Positions 44,780-58,699 of a stretch of DNA of 64,000 nt are shown in pieces (the first letter of the stretch is position 1; every line of letters begins with the position of its first letter). Position numbers and translations under genes: made by a program. The notes beneath the pieces are model-generated. The model was given only the letters and a program-made list of their open reading frames with translations. It was not told the DNA's origin and made no database searches. This DNA comes from Eledone cirrhosa (taxonomy: Eukaryota): NCBI GenBank assembly GCA_964016885.1, contig OZ024742.1, positions 192,324,001-192,388,000 on the forward strand, read 5' to 3'.

Positions 44780-45590
44780 AATTATATTATATTATACTAT
44801 ATTATATTATATAGTATAATATAATATATTATAATATATTATATTATATTATATTATATTATATTATATTATATTATATTATATTATATTATATTATATT
44901 ATATTATAATATATTGTATTATATTATAGAGAGTCGGACACCAAGCTTCGCGGCAAAGCATTACGTCCTGCCAAGGTTAACTTTGCCTTTCATCCTTGCG
45001 CGGTCGATAAAATAAAGTACCAGTACCGCTCTGGGGTCGATGTATTCGATTTTCCGTTTCCACAAAATTGTTAGCTTTGTGCCTAAATCAGAAACCATTC
45101 TATTATACTATATTATATTATATTATATTATATTATATCATATTATATTATATTATATCATATTATATTATATTATATTACATTCTGGCCTTGTGCCAAA
45201 AAGTAGAAACAATTATATTACATTCTCGGTGGGGCCTGAGTTCAAATCCCACGAGGTTAACTTTGCTTTTCATCCTTACGGGGTCGATAAAATAAAGTAC
45301 CAGTAATATACTGGGATAATTACTGGCCTTGTGCCAAAATTAGAAACAATTATATTACATTATATTACATTATATTATATTATATTATATTGTGGATTGG
45401 CAGTATCGGTAGAGGGTCGGACGCCATGCTTTCCAGCATAGTCACGTCCCTTTGCGGTCTGAGTTCAAATACCGCCGAGCTTAACTTTGCCTTTCATCCT
45501 TACGGGGTCGATAAAATAAAGTACCAGTAATGTACTGGCTAATTGATGGCCTTGTGCCAAAAGTAGAAATAATTATATTATATTATATCA
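44780..45590 (+). mobile_element. Three family A SINE pieces interleaved with (ATATT)n pentamer microsatellite
   Basis: SINE cores at ~44930-45095, 45235-45352 and 45392-45575, separated by attatattat repeats. Confidence 0.82.
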
Positions 45591-46388
45591 CACTATATAC
45601 ATGCAGGCAACGGGCAACACTAAAATCATCAATAGTATGCCATTACAAAAAGCAGTTGCTGACTCTTAGTCTATATGTACCTGTCCTGTGTAAATGTTAC
45701 AATTTACATCCTGGAGAGTCTAAACGTTTGTTATTTGAAATACCAAAGTATGCAGTTTACAGACGGTAAGGTGCGTTTGTTGTTGGCCACTTGCAGTCTG
45801 AGACTGAGAGGTATATATATCATTGGGATAATTTTTTTAACAAATCATTAGTGCTTTTAATTCTCTTTCGGATGATAAAAGGAAACAGCTCTGACCTTTC
45901 CAGAGATATTTTTTTGTTCGGAAATGTCAGCGATTTCATGTACTTTAGACACGCGAAAGACAAAAACTTCCTGTCATTTTTCAAGCAGCGCTGGTTTAGG
46001 AATTAGCTCGGTGGTTACACGCCAGATCAGCAACCAGAATTACTTCTACGGTCAATCTAGTACGCTATATTCAATTGACGACATTTTCAGTGAAATCAAA
46101 AGAATAACGAACCATTCAGTCATTAGTGTATAACTTCTGATCTTAACATTTTCCTGTTCTTGACACAGTCTCCTATATTGTCTTCCGTATACGTGGCCTT
46201 TTGTTAAGATAATGAAATATATTCCACCACTAACGTAGGTATGGCTATCGTGATAAATGAATGGAATTTAGTAGACAGAAACTAAATGGAAGCCCGTCAG
46301 TTGGATTATACCTAGAGATTGATGGTCCAAGAGATCGAAAATTCATATTGTTAAAACCGGTAGAGAATATATATATGTGTGTGTGTGA

Positions 46389-46640
46389 AGGCGCATGGCT
46401 TAGTGGTTAAAGCATTGGGCTTGCAATCGAAAGGTTGTGAGTTCAATTCTCGGACCGGGTGATGTGCTGTTTCTTTCAGCAAGACACTTTATTTCACGTT
46501 GTTCCAGTTTACTCAGCTGCAGAAATTAGTACCGGCCTGCCCGTCCAGCCAGTGGGATGGCGTTATCTTATGGCTAAAACAGCACGACGTGCTGTGACCA
46601 GCGGCGCCGAGTGGCGCCCGACAGACTGGTCGGTCAAGGT
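46389..46640 (+). mobile_element. tRNA-derived SINE family B
   Basis: ggcgcatggcttagtggttaaag...gagttcaattc...agcaagacactttatttcacgttgttccagtttactcagctg. Confidence 0.8.
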
Positions 46641-46849
46641 GATCAAGGTGATATATATATATGTATACATACTTGTATATATATATGTATACATACTTCT
46701 GTATATTGATATTTTGATCACGAATCGTATATATACATGAATAAGGAATCAATCAGTACTATTTTATATACACAGTAGATCTCCAGTTTGATATACTTAC
46801 TTAGAGACACAGACATACACACACACATACACATATATGTATATTCCTA

Positions 46850-47468
<619 letters not shown>

Positions 47469-48030
47469 GGAAGAGTGAGGGATGTATGTATATATTTATA
47501 TAAACATGCATACATGCTCACACAGAGGTACAATTTCCGTTATTGTCGACGGTTTTGAGTCACGACAAGATGGCGGTGTTGTTAAGCAATTAGTATTTGA
47601 CCTACATTACTACATACTCTGTAGGTGAACCCCCACCCTCCCAATGCAAGCAACACTGCACTTTCGCGGCCTGGCGCTTTTTTATGCTACTGTTGTTGTT
47701 GTTGAGTGACCATTGTCTAGTCTGCTTTTAACAATGTGTCCCTAGAACGGATGATGCTTTGGTGTGTTTTTGTACGTATCTTCATGTGTGTATGTGAATG
47801 TGTATGTGTATGTGAGTTTTTTGTGTGTATCTTCGTGTGTGAATGTGTATGTGTATGTTTGTGCACTGCTGGAATGTTTGTCGGTGTGCATATACATGTG
47901 TTTGGTTGTGTGTCTGACTCATTGAGTGTGGCTGTGTGTGTATGTGTGTGTGTGTGTGTGCGTGTGCGCGTAGCTTAATGTGTGATATTGTCTCCTGCTC
48001 GTATGTTTGTCAACATACATAGTTACATTC

Positions 48031-48095
<65 letters not shown>

Positions 48096-48283
48096 TAGAT
48101 AGATAGATAGATATGTTTCTTTTATTTGCCACAAGGGCATCAAAAGTGGGACAAGTACGATGGGGGGAGTTTACAAAACAAGGCCTCCTCAATAAGGAGG
48201 AGGCAATAACAATATATAAAAATAAAATAAAATATAACAAAAAATAGAATTATAACAAAATCCTCAATAGAGGATTTTGTTAG

Positions 48284-48388
<105 letters not shown>

Positions 48389-48819
48389 TTTATATATAAA
48401 TCTATATATACAGTATATATATATATATATAAAATAATAATATTATATAGAGATAAAGAGAGAGAGAGAGGGGGGGCCGCGTTGTATGTGTATGTGTATA
48501 TTTACGGGGCTTTGTATTCTGTCGCGCTACACGGCATTTTGCGCAAATGTCTTATACCATAGTCTCGGGTTGACCAGTCCCTTGTGTGTGCATATATGCA
48601 TACATTTATTAATATGTATAGATAGATAGAGATAATGAGAAAGAGAGTGAGATACTTATAACGTTGATATGTGAGATATATTCATATGAAAATAAGAATG
48701 CACTGATATAATACATGAAAGAAGATATGCACTAGTAAACAACACATATCTGCACTCATTGCCATCTTAAGAATGGAAATGTGGGCAGGGTGTTAAACGT
48801 TATTATTTTATTATTATTT

Positions 48820-50436
48820 AGGTCTGGCAGTTTTAGAAAAGCGTCGGATAGCTTGCTCTTCGGCATATGGTTACGGCCCTTTACTTTCTGAGTTTAAGTT
48901 CCACTGAGTTTAGCTTTGCCTTTACTCCTTACTGGGTGGATAAAATATCGCCTCTGTAACGGGTTGGGGTCGATTTGATCGGCATACCCCGGCCGAAAAA
49001 AGTTGGCCTTGTGCCTAACATATTATCATCATTGGGGGATTGGCAGTATCGGTAGAGAGTCGGACGCCATGCTATGCAGCATAGAGTTATGGCCCTTTAT
49101 GATCTGAGTTCAAATCCCGCCAAGGTTAACTTTGCCTTTCATCTTCACGGTGTCCATAACATAAAGTACCAGTCAAGCACTGGGGTCGATTTAATCGACT
49201 TTCCCCTCTCCCAAAATTGCTGGCCTTGTGCCTTTATAAGAAATCATTATTATTTTTTCCGTATCGGTAGAGGGTCGGATACCATGCTTTGAAGCATAGA
49301 GTTACCTCCCTGTATGATCTGAGTTCAAATCCCGCCGAGGTTAACTTTGCCTTTCATCCTTCCGGGGTAGATAAAATAAAGTACCAGTAATGCATTGAGT
49401 ATTTGCTGGCCTTGTGCCAAAAGTAGAAACAATTATTATTTCTTCCGTAGTTTCATGTGTTACTTCTGCATTATCTGGTACATAGGGCGGTGGATTGGCA
49501 GTATCAGTAGAGTGTCGGGTGCCATGCTTTGCAGCAAAGAGTTACGGCCCTTGCCATTCTGAGTTCAAATCCCACCGAGGTTAACTTTGCTTTTCATCGT
49601 TACGGGGTCTATAAAATAAAGTACCAGTAATACACTGGTAAATTGCTGGCCTAGTGCCAAATGTAGAAACAATTATCTAATACACATTAGATTTCCTGAG
49701 ATGTGTGCAGTAGTGCATGTTCTTATATTTGTGCTGCATCACTGTTGTTTTATGTTTATATATTCAGACTTGTTAAAGGCTAATCAAGCGGACATGATGA
49801 GATCGCCTCCTTATGTTGGCTGCACCTTCTGCATTTAGTGTTATTATCTGATTTAAATATATTGTAATTATAGCTATTTGTAGTCAGACACTAGGTTTTC
49901 CATTTCTGCTTTTAGTTCGGAATTCTTGGTCAATTGTTGACTTTTCCTTTGGCTTATTTCGTTCTGTTCAGTTTGGAATGGTATTAGCCGTTGACTGGTT
50001 TTGCTTTCCAATTTTTATTCGGTATGATTTGTAATTATTATTTTATGGTGGATTGGCAGTATCGGTAGAGGGTCGGACACCATGCTTTCCAGCATAGTTA
50101 CGTCCCTTTACGATCTGAGTTCAAATCCCGCCGAGGTTGACTTTGCCTTTCATCCTTACGGGGTTGATAAAATAAAGTACCAGTAATGAACTGGGTATTT
50201 GCTGGCCTTGTGCCTAAAATAGAAACAATTATTTTATAATGCAAGTCAGCGGTGAATTGGCAGTATCGGTAGAGGGTTGGATGCCATGCTTTCTAGCATA
50301 GTTACGTCCCTTTACATTCTGAGTTCAAATCCCGCCGAGGTTAACTTTGCCTTTCATCCTTACGGGGGTCGATAAAATAAAGTACCAGTAATATACTGGA
50401 TAATTGCTGGCCTTGTGCCAAAAGTAGAAACAATTA
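48820..50436 (+). mobile_element. Cluster of six family A SINE copies
   Basis: Copies at ~48820-49020, 49034-49250, 49260-49437, 49486-49676, 50046-50232 and 50249-50436. Confidence 0.88.
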
Positions 50437-50501
50437 TTTTATAATGCAAGTGGAGCTACAATAGATTTTCCCTACACTGAAGTAATCTAGAAACATGAGG
50501 A

Positions 50502-50546
<45 letters not shown>

Positions 50547-50547
<1 letters not shown>

Positions 50548-50742
50548 CGAAGGAAATGTGGTAAGGAACCAGGTGGACCATAACGCACCAAAGTAAATAC
50601 TTAGGGTAGTAGAGTGGGTAATAGGAACGAGTAGGACCCCGACGGCTGAGCTCAAGCCGTTTCGACGGCTAATTCTGGACTAAATTAGTCCAGAATTAGC
50701 CGTCGAAACGGCTTGAGCTCAGCCGTCGGGGTCCTACTCGTT

Positions 50743-50744
<2 letters not shown>
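50547..50744 (-). mobile_element. Family P copy 4, containing a perfect 127-bp palindrome (50621-50747)
   Basis: 63-bp arms around the single A at 50684; (TA)n on both sides. Confidence 0.9.
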
Positions 50745-50833
<89 letters not shown>

Positions 50834-50924
50834 TTACAGATTTGCTCTACGGTTCTTATATATTTGATATATATTTATCCTTATCGAGCCCTCTTTGGAT
50901 TTTAGTCTTCAAATTTATTATTAT

Positions 50925-50978
<54 letters not shown>

Positions 50979-51147
50979 GTGTGTGTGATTAAAACAAAAA
51001 TGTGTATATGGAGGCCTATGCATTGTTCTTCCTTCATTACCGAAGATAAGCATTACTTCCTAGACGTATAGTGGAAGAAATGCTTGTAAGGCTAAATTTC
51101 GCTTTGAATAGCCGAGGCTAATGAGGGCATGTAATTTAATATCATTG

Positions 51148-51179
<32 letters not shown>

Positions 51180-51465
51180 GTATTAAGGATACTATTTATG
51201 GTTATGTATATACTAAAACCTTTTATAGTTATATATATTTTAAACCCTAAATAGTGAAAGACAGTAATTTATTATTATCTTATTACTAGTAAGATAAATA
51301 GCTCAATGTAATAACATCAGTTGTTTTACAGAGCAGTTATATAGAAATTACACGAATCAAAGTTCTGTTTAAATCATTTATTTGCTTACAATTGTTTCTT
51401 CCAAACCGAGGTTTGGAAGAGGTGTTGAAAAGGAGGTCATGTATGTAAAAAAAATCACTGAATAA

Positions 51466-51514
51466 TTGCTCCGAAGACTCCAAACCTCGGTTTGGAAGAA
51501 ACAATTGTAAGCAA
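51466..51514 (+). ncRNA. Minimal type-I hammerhead motif, CCGAAGA core, inside inverted repeat 51343-51553
   Basis: ttgct-CCGAAGA-c tccaaacc(tc)ggtttgga a-GAAA-c(aatt)g-TA-agcaa, then ATAAA. 51343-51417 is the reverse complement of 51479-51553. Confidence 0.72.
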
Positions 51515-51844
51515 ATAAATGATTTAAACAGAACTTTGATTCATGTAATTTCTCTATATATATATAGAGAGAGAGAAAGGATAAAAAGGACGATTGATCA
51601 CTCCTCCATTGCATTCATTGATAGGTGACGCGCCCTTCGCCACTGATCAGCTCAAGGCTCGATCTATATCGATCCTACCCGACTCAATAATCCGCAGCTC
51701 GACGGACCCTCCCACAATGCACTTTCTTATCTTTTGCTTTTATAGTTTCTTCTTTTCTCCTGCGTTTGTTGACATTTATTCCCTGGAGAAAAATGGCGCC
51801 AAACTTTTCCCTTTATATATATATATATGTATATATATATATAC

Positions 51845-51892
<48 letters not shown>

Positions 51893-51904
51893 TATATATA
51901 TATG

Positions 51905-52006
<102 letters not shown>

Positions 52007-52010
52007 CATA

Positions 52011-52188
<178 letters not shown>

Positions 52189-52349
52189 CATTCCTCATGT
52201 TTCTAGATTACTTCAGTGTAGGGAAAATCTATTGTAGCTTCACTCACTTGCATTATAAAATAATTGTTTCTACTTTTGGCACAAGGCCAGCAATGACCCA
52301 GTATATTACTGGTACTTTATTTTATCGACCCCCGTAAGGATGAAAGGCA

Positions 52350-52421
<72 letters not shown>

Positions 52422-52789
52422 GTATGCGTGTATATGTGTGTAATTATGTGTTGGTATTTTTGTATATATGTTAAAATGTGTACGTATGTTTGCGTTCATG
52501 ATGGAATACATGCAAGCAACATACATACATACATATGTACATACATATGTACATACATATATGCATACATTCACACACTCACACATACGTATACACACCA
52601 AAGACACCAGTCCCCCATCTCCAAATACCTAAAGTTTCGATTAGCGCTGTTTTAGCGGTAATTGTTGTCTTGGTGTGGCACACGTCGGCGGTTCTAATCA
52701 CAATCATAGATGGAGATGGTGGCGAATGTGATGGTGATGGTGATGGTGTTGGTGTTGTTGAAGTATTGATGATGATGTCGATGGAGGTG

Positions 52790-53620
52790 GTGTTGGTTGT
52801 GTTGAAGTACTGATGATGGTGATGGTGGTGGTGGTGGTAGTTGTGTTGAAGTACTGGGGATGGTGGTAGTGGTGGTGGTGTTGAAGTACTGATGATGGTG
52901 GTGGTGGTGGTGGTGTCGTTGGTGGTGGTGAAAGTACTGGCGATGGTGATGGTGGTGGTGGTGTTGAAAGTACTGGTGATGGTGGTGGTGGTGGTGGTGG
53001 TGTTGAAAGTACTGGTGGTGGTGGTGGTGTTGAAAGTACTGGTGGTGGTGGTGGTGTTGAAAGTACTGGTGATGGTGGTGGTGGTGGTGGTGGTGTTGAA
53101 AGTACTGGTGGTGGTGGTGGTGTTGAAAGTACTGGTGGTGGTGGTGGTGTTGAAAGTACTGGTGGTGGTGGTGGTGGTGTTGAAAGTACTGGTGATGGTG
53201 GTGGTGTTGAAAGTACTGGTGGTGGTGGTGGTGGTGTTGAAAGTACTGGTGGTGGTGGTGGTGTTGAAAGTACTGGTGGTGGTGGTGGTGGTGTTGAAAG
53301 TACTGGTGGTGGTGGTGGTGTTGAAAGTACTGGTGGTGGTGGTGGTGTTGAAAGTACTGGTGATGGTGGTGGTGGTGGTGTTGAAAGTACTGGCGATGTT
53401 GGTGGTGGTGGTGGTGTTGAAAGTACTGGTGATGGTGGTGGTGGTGGTGTTGAAAGTACTGGTGATGGTGGTGGTGGTGGTGGTGTTGAAAGTACTGGCG
53501 ATGTTGGTGGTGGTGGTGGTGTTGAAAGTACTGGTGATGGTGGTGGTGGTGGTGGTGTTGAAAGTACTGGTGATGGTGGTGGTGGTGGTGGTGTTGAAAG
53601 TACAGGTGATGGTGGTGGTG
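52790..53620. repeat. Minisatellite (GTG)n-TTGAAAGTACTG, ~24-39-bp units
   Basis: Repeated gtgttgaaagtactg separated by variable (GTG)n. Confidence 0.95.
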
Positions 53621-53829
53621 GTGGTGATGTAGACCGTAGTTATGGTGGTAATGATTATGGTAATGGTGGTTGTGAGGATGATAGTGATGTTAGGGTTGTA
53701 GATTTTGATTGTGATGATTATGACGGTACTGATGGTGATAATAGTGGTGGTGGTGGTGGTCTTGGTGGTAGTAGGGGTGGTGCTGGTGGTGGTTGTGGTT
53801 TAGGTGATAGTGTTGTTAGTTTCAATGGT

Positions 53830-56450
53830 TGTGATTATAGTGGCGGTATTTTTGGTGATGATAGTGGTGGTAGTGATAGTGATGATAGAGTGGTAGTGGT
53901 GATGGTGGTGGTGGTAGTGCTGATGGTGACGATGGGGGTCGTGGTGGGGGATGTTGATGATAATGGTGGTGATGGTGATGTTTGTGGTGTTGGTGGTGGT
54001 GATGGGGATGGTGATGGTTGTAGTGCTGATGGTGACGATGGGGGTCGTGGTGGGGATGTTGATGATAATGGTGGTGATGGTGATGTTTGTGGTGTTGATG
54101 GTGGTGATGGGGATGGTGATGGTTGTAGTGCTGATGGTGACGATGGGGGTCGTGGTGGGGATGTTGACGGTAATGGTGGTGATGGTGATGTTTGTGGTGG
54201 TGGTGGGGATGGTGATGGTTGTAGTGCTGATGGTGACGATGGGGCTAGTGGCGGTGATGTTGATGATAGTGGTGGTAGTGATAGTGATGATAGTGGTAGT
54301 GGTGATGGTGATGGTTGTAGTGCTGATGGTGACGATAGTGGTGGTGATGGTGGTGGTGGTGACGATAGTGGCGGTGGTGGTGACGATAGTGGTGGTGATG
54401 GTGGTGGTGATGGTGGTGGTGGTGACGATAGTGGCGGTGGTGGTGATGATAGTGGTGGTGATGGTGATGATAGTGGTGGTGAAGGTGACGATAGTGGTGG
54501 TAGTGATAGTGATGATAGTGGTAGTGCTGATGGTGACGATAGTGGTGGTGATGGTGATGATAGTGGTGGTGAAGGTGACGATAGTGGTGGTGGTGGTGGT
54601 GACGATAGTGGTGGTGATGGTGACGATAGTGGTGGTGGTGGTGGTGACGATAGTGGTGGTGATGGTGACGATAGTGGTGGTGATGGTGGAGTTATGTGGA
54701 AAGAAATAACAAAAAAGGGGGTCAAATAAATAAATAACTAATATCCTAGATCTATAGGGAGGGATGAAGGGGATTATTGGGACCAAAGTAGGTCATGTAA
54801 GAATGAGGGGGGAGGAGGGCTCACTACTGTATATGATGATCAAAGAGAGAGTAGTGTTTGTGGTGGTAGAGGAGGTCGTGTTGATGGGGGTGGGTGGCAG
54901 TGGTGGTTGTGGTGGAGTTTGTGGAGGTGGTGGTGGTGATGTTGTTGGTAGTGATGGTTGGGGTGGTGGTTGTGGTGGAGTTTGTGGAGGTGGTGGTGGT
55001 GATGTTGTTGATGGTGGTGGTTGTGGTGGAGTTTGTGGAGGTGGTGGTGGTGATGTTGTTGATGGTGGTGGTTGTGGTGGAGTTTGTGGAGGTGGTGGTG
55101 GTGATGTTGTTGATGGTGGTGGTTGTGGTGGAGTTGGTGGTGGTGGTGGTGGTGATGTTGTTGATGGTGGTGGTTGTGGTGGAGTTGGTGGTGGTGGTGA
55201 TGTTGTTGGTGGTGATGGTTGGGGTGGTGGTTGTGGTGGAGTTTGTGGAGGTGGTGGTGGTGATGTTGTTGATGGTGGTGGTTGTGGTGGAGTTGGTGGA
55301 GGTGGTGGTGGTGATGTTGTTGGTGGTGGTGGTTGGGGTGGTGGTTGTGGTGGAGTTTGTGGAAGTGGTGGTGGTGATGTTGTTGGTGGTGGTGGTTGTG
55401 GTGGTAGTTGTGGTGGAGTTTGTGGAGGTGGTGGTGGTGATGTTGTTGGTGGTGGTGGTTGTGGTGGTAGTTGTGGTGGAGTTTGTGGAGGTGGTGGTGG
55501 TGATGTTGTTGGTGGTTGTGGTGGTGGTTGTGGTGGAGTTTGTGGAGGTGGTGGTGGTGGTGAAGCTGGTGACCGTGGTGGTGGTTGGTGTGGTGGTGGT
55601 GATATTGTTGGTGGTAGAAAACGTTGTGTTGGTGGTGGCGGTGGCGGTGGCGGAGGTGGTGGTGGTAGTGATGAAGTTGCTGATGGCGGTGGTGGTGATG
55701 TTCTTGGAGGTGGTGGTGGTGGTGGTATCGGTGGTAGTGATGGAGCTGGTGATGGCGGTGGTGGTTGTGGTGCAGTTTGTAGAGGTGGTGGTGGTGAAGC
55801 TGGTGACCGTGGTGGTGGTTGGGGTGGTGGTGGTGATGTTGTTGGTGGTAGAAAACGTTGTTGTTGGTGGTGTAGTTGGTGATGTTGGTGTTGTCGGTGG
55901 TAGTGATGGAGCTGGTGATGGCGGTGGTGGTTGTGGTGCAGTTTGTGGAGGTGGTGGTGAAGCTGGTGACGGTGGTGGTTGTGGTGAAGCTGGTGACCGT
56001 GGTGGTGGCTGGGGTGGTGGCGAAGCTGGTGACGGTGGTGGTGGTTGGGGTGGCGGTTGTGGTGCAGTTTGTGGAGGTGGTGGTGGCGGTGAAGCTGGTG
56101 ACCGTGGTGGTGGTTGGGTTGGTGGTTGTGGAGGTGGTGTTGATGATGTAAGTGGAGGTGATGGCGCTGTAGATGGTGATGTTGGTGGTATTGGTGGTAG
56201 TGATGGGGCTGATGATGGCAGTGGTGGTTGTGGTGCAGTTTGTGGAGGTGGTGGTGAAGCTGGTGACGGTGGTGGTTGTTGTGAAGTTTGTGGAGGTGAT
56301 GTTGACGGTGGAAGTGGAGGTAGTGATGGCGGTGTTGGTTGTGGTGGAGGTGGTAGTGATCGTGATGTTGTTGGTGGTGGAGACGGTAGTGACGAAGCTG
56401 GCGGTGGTGTTTGTGGAGGTGGCGGTTGTGGTGGAATCAGTGGGGGGGGG
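53830..56450. repeat. GGT-rich low-complexity compound tandem repeats
   Basis: Higher-order units such as ggttgtggtggagtttgtggaggtggtggtggtgatgttgtt; source of the poly-G/V/T/P ORFs. Confidence 0.9.
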
Positions 56451-56769
56451 ATGGAATCAGTGGAGGTGGCGGTTGTGGTAGTGTTGGCTGAAGTAGTGTG
56501 GATGGTGAAGCTTGTGGTGGTGATGGCTGTGGTGGAGGTTATAGTAGTGATGTTGGTGATATTAGTGGCGGCGGTAGTGATTGAGGCGATGATGGCGGTG
56601 GTGGGGTTAGTTGAGGTGGCGGTGATGGTGGAACGTGGGGGCGGTGAGGGGTTGGTGGGTCTTAAGCATTGTTGAGGGAAAATATTGAAAGATGGTGACG
56701 TATAGGTAATAGGAAGGGGGAGGTGCGGTGTATGTATGTGTATATCTGTGTCTGTGTGTGTGTATGTGC

Positions 56770-56921
56770 GTGAACAAGTGATTGTATGTATGTGGGTGAG
56801 AGTGATGTGTTGGTAGTAGGAAGAGGTGCCGTGTGTGTGTGTGTGTGTGTGTATGTGTGTGTGAACAAGTGATTGTATGTATGTGGGTGAGAGTGATGTG
56901 TTGGTAGTAGGAAGAGGTGCC

Positions 56922-56952
<31 letters not shown>

Positions 56953-57289
56953 TGTGAACAAGTGAGTGTATGTATGTGAGTGAGAGTGATGTGTTGGTAG
57001 TCGGAAGATGTGCCGTGTGTGTGTGTGTGTGTGTGTGAACAAGTGAGTGTATGTATGTGAGTGAGAGTGATGTGTTGGTAGTAGGAAGAGGTGCCGTGTG
57101 TGTGTGTATGTGTGTGTGTGTCTGTGTGTGTGTATGTGTGTGTGAACAAGTGAGTGTATGTATGTGAGTGAGAGTGATGTGTTGGTAGTAGGAAGATGTG
57201 CCGTGTGTGTGTGTGTGTGTGTATGTGTGTGTGAACAAGTGAGTGTATGTATGTGAGTGAGAGTGATGTGTTGGTAGTAGGAAGAGGTG

Positions 57290-57340
<51 letters not shown>

Positions 57341-58072
57341 TGTGAACAAGTGATTGTATGTATGTGAGTGAGAGTGATGTGTTGGTAGTAGGAAGAGGTG
57401 CCGTGTGTGTGTGTGTTTGTGTGTGTGAACAAGTGATTGTATGTATGTGAGTGAGAGTGATGTGTTGGTAGTAGGAAGATGTGCCGTGTGTGTGTGTGTG
57501 TATGTGTGTGTGAACAAGTGAGTGTATGTATGTGGGTGAGAGTGATGTGTTGGTAGTAGGAAGAGGTGCCGTGTGTGTGTGTGTGTGTGTGTGTGTGAAC
57601 AAGTGATTGTATGTATGTGAGTGAGAGTGATGTGTTGGTAGTAGGAAGAGGTGCCGTGTGTATGTGTGTGTGTGTGTGTGTGTGTATGTGTGTGTGAACA
57701 AGTGAGTGTATGTATGTGGGTGAGAGTGATGTGTTGGTAGTAGGAAGATGTGCCGTGTGTGTGTGTGTGTGTGAACAAGTGATTGTATGTATGTGGGTGA
57801 GAGTGATGTGTTGGTAGTAGGAAGAGGTGCCGTGTGTGTGTGTGTGTGTATGTGTGTGTGAACAAGTGAGTGTATGTATGTGGGTGAGAGTGATGTGTTG
57901 GTAGTAGGAAGATGTGCCGTGTGTGTGTATGTGTGTGAACAAGTGAGTGTATGTATGTGGGTGAGAGTGATGTGTTGGTAGTAGGAAGAGGTGCCGCGTG
58001 TGTGTGTATGTGTGTGAACAAGTGAGTGTATGTATGTGGGTGAGAGTGATGTGTTGGTAGTATGAAGAGGTG

Positions 58073-58113
<41 letters not shown>

Positions 58114-58175
58114 TGTGAACAAGTGATTGTATGTATGTGAGTGAGAGTGATGTGTTGGTAGTAGGAAGATGTGCC

Positions 58176-58208
<33 letters not shown>

Positions 58209-58520
58209 TGTGAACAAGTGAGTGTATGTATGTGGGTGAGAGTGGTGTGTTGGTAGTAGGAAGATGTGCCGTGTGTGTGTGTATGTGTGTGTGAACAAGT
58301 GAGTGTATGTATGTGGGTGAGAGTGATGTGTTGGTAGTAGGAAGATGTGCCGTGTGTGTGTGTGTGAACATGTGAGTGTATGTATGTGGGTGAGAGTGAT
58401 GTGTTGGTAGTAGGAAGTGGTGCCGTATATGTGTGTGGGATTCAGTTATTGTGTGAGTATGTGATAATATGTGATTATGTGAATGTGTGTGTGTGTGTGT
58501 GTGTGTGAACAAGTGATTGT
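56770..58520. repeat. Minisatellite: ~19 copies of a constant ~59-bp block separated by variable (GT)n
   Basis: gaacaagtga(g/t)tgtatgtatgtg(g/a)gtgagagtgatgtgttggtagtaggaaga(g/t)gtgcc followed by (GT)n. Confidence 0.95.
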
Positions 58521-58699
58521 GAGTGCGTGTACATGATTTTTTTCAGTATATGTATGTGATTGTATATATGTGGAGGATTATGAGTGGGAGTCAAGGGCAG
58601 AGAGAAGGGGCTATAGGTGTGTGTGTAAGGGGGGGGGGTCATGTGGAGGATCACATTCATAATAATGATGTCGATGATGATGATGATAGTAGTAGTAGT

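Noticed and set aside
51040-51095. CCGAAGA followed by an aagcatt/aatgctt hairpin
   Set aside because: No GAAA after the stem and no stem I or III; at most a decayed relic.
54824-58512. Very long ORFs (1065, 616, 593, 563 aa)
   Set aside because: Stop-free frames of GGT/GT tandem repeats, open in several frames and on both strands; no domain signal.
56770-58520. CRISPR-like repeat-spacer appearance
   Set aside because: Spacers are (GT)n rather than unique sequence, repeats are ~59 bp, the context is eukaryotic and there are no cas genes.
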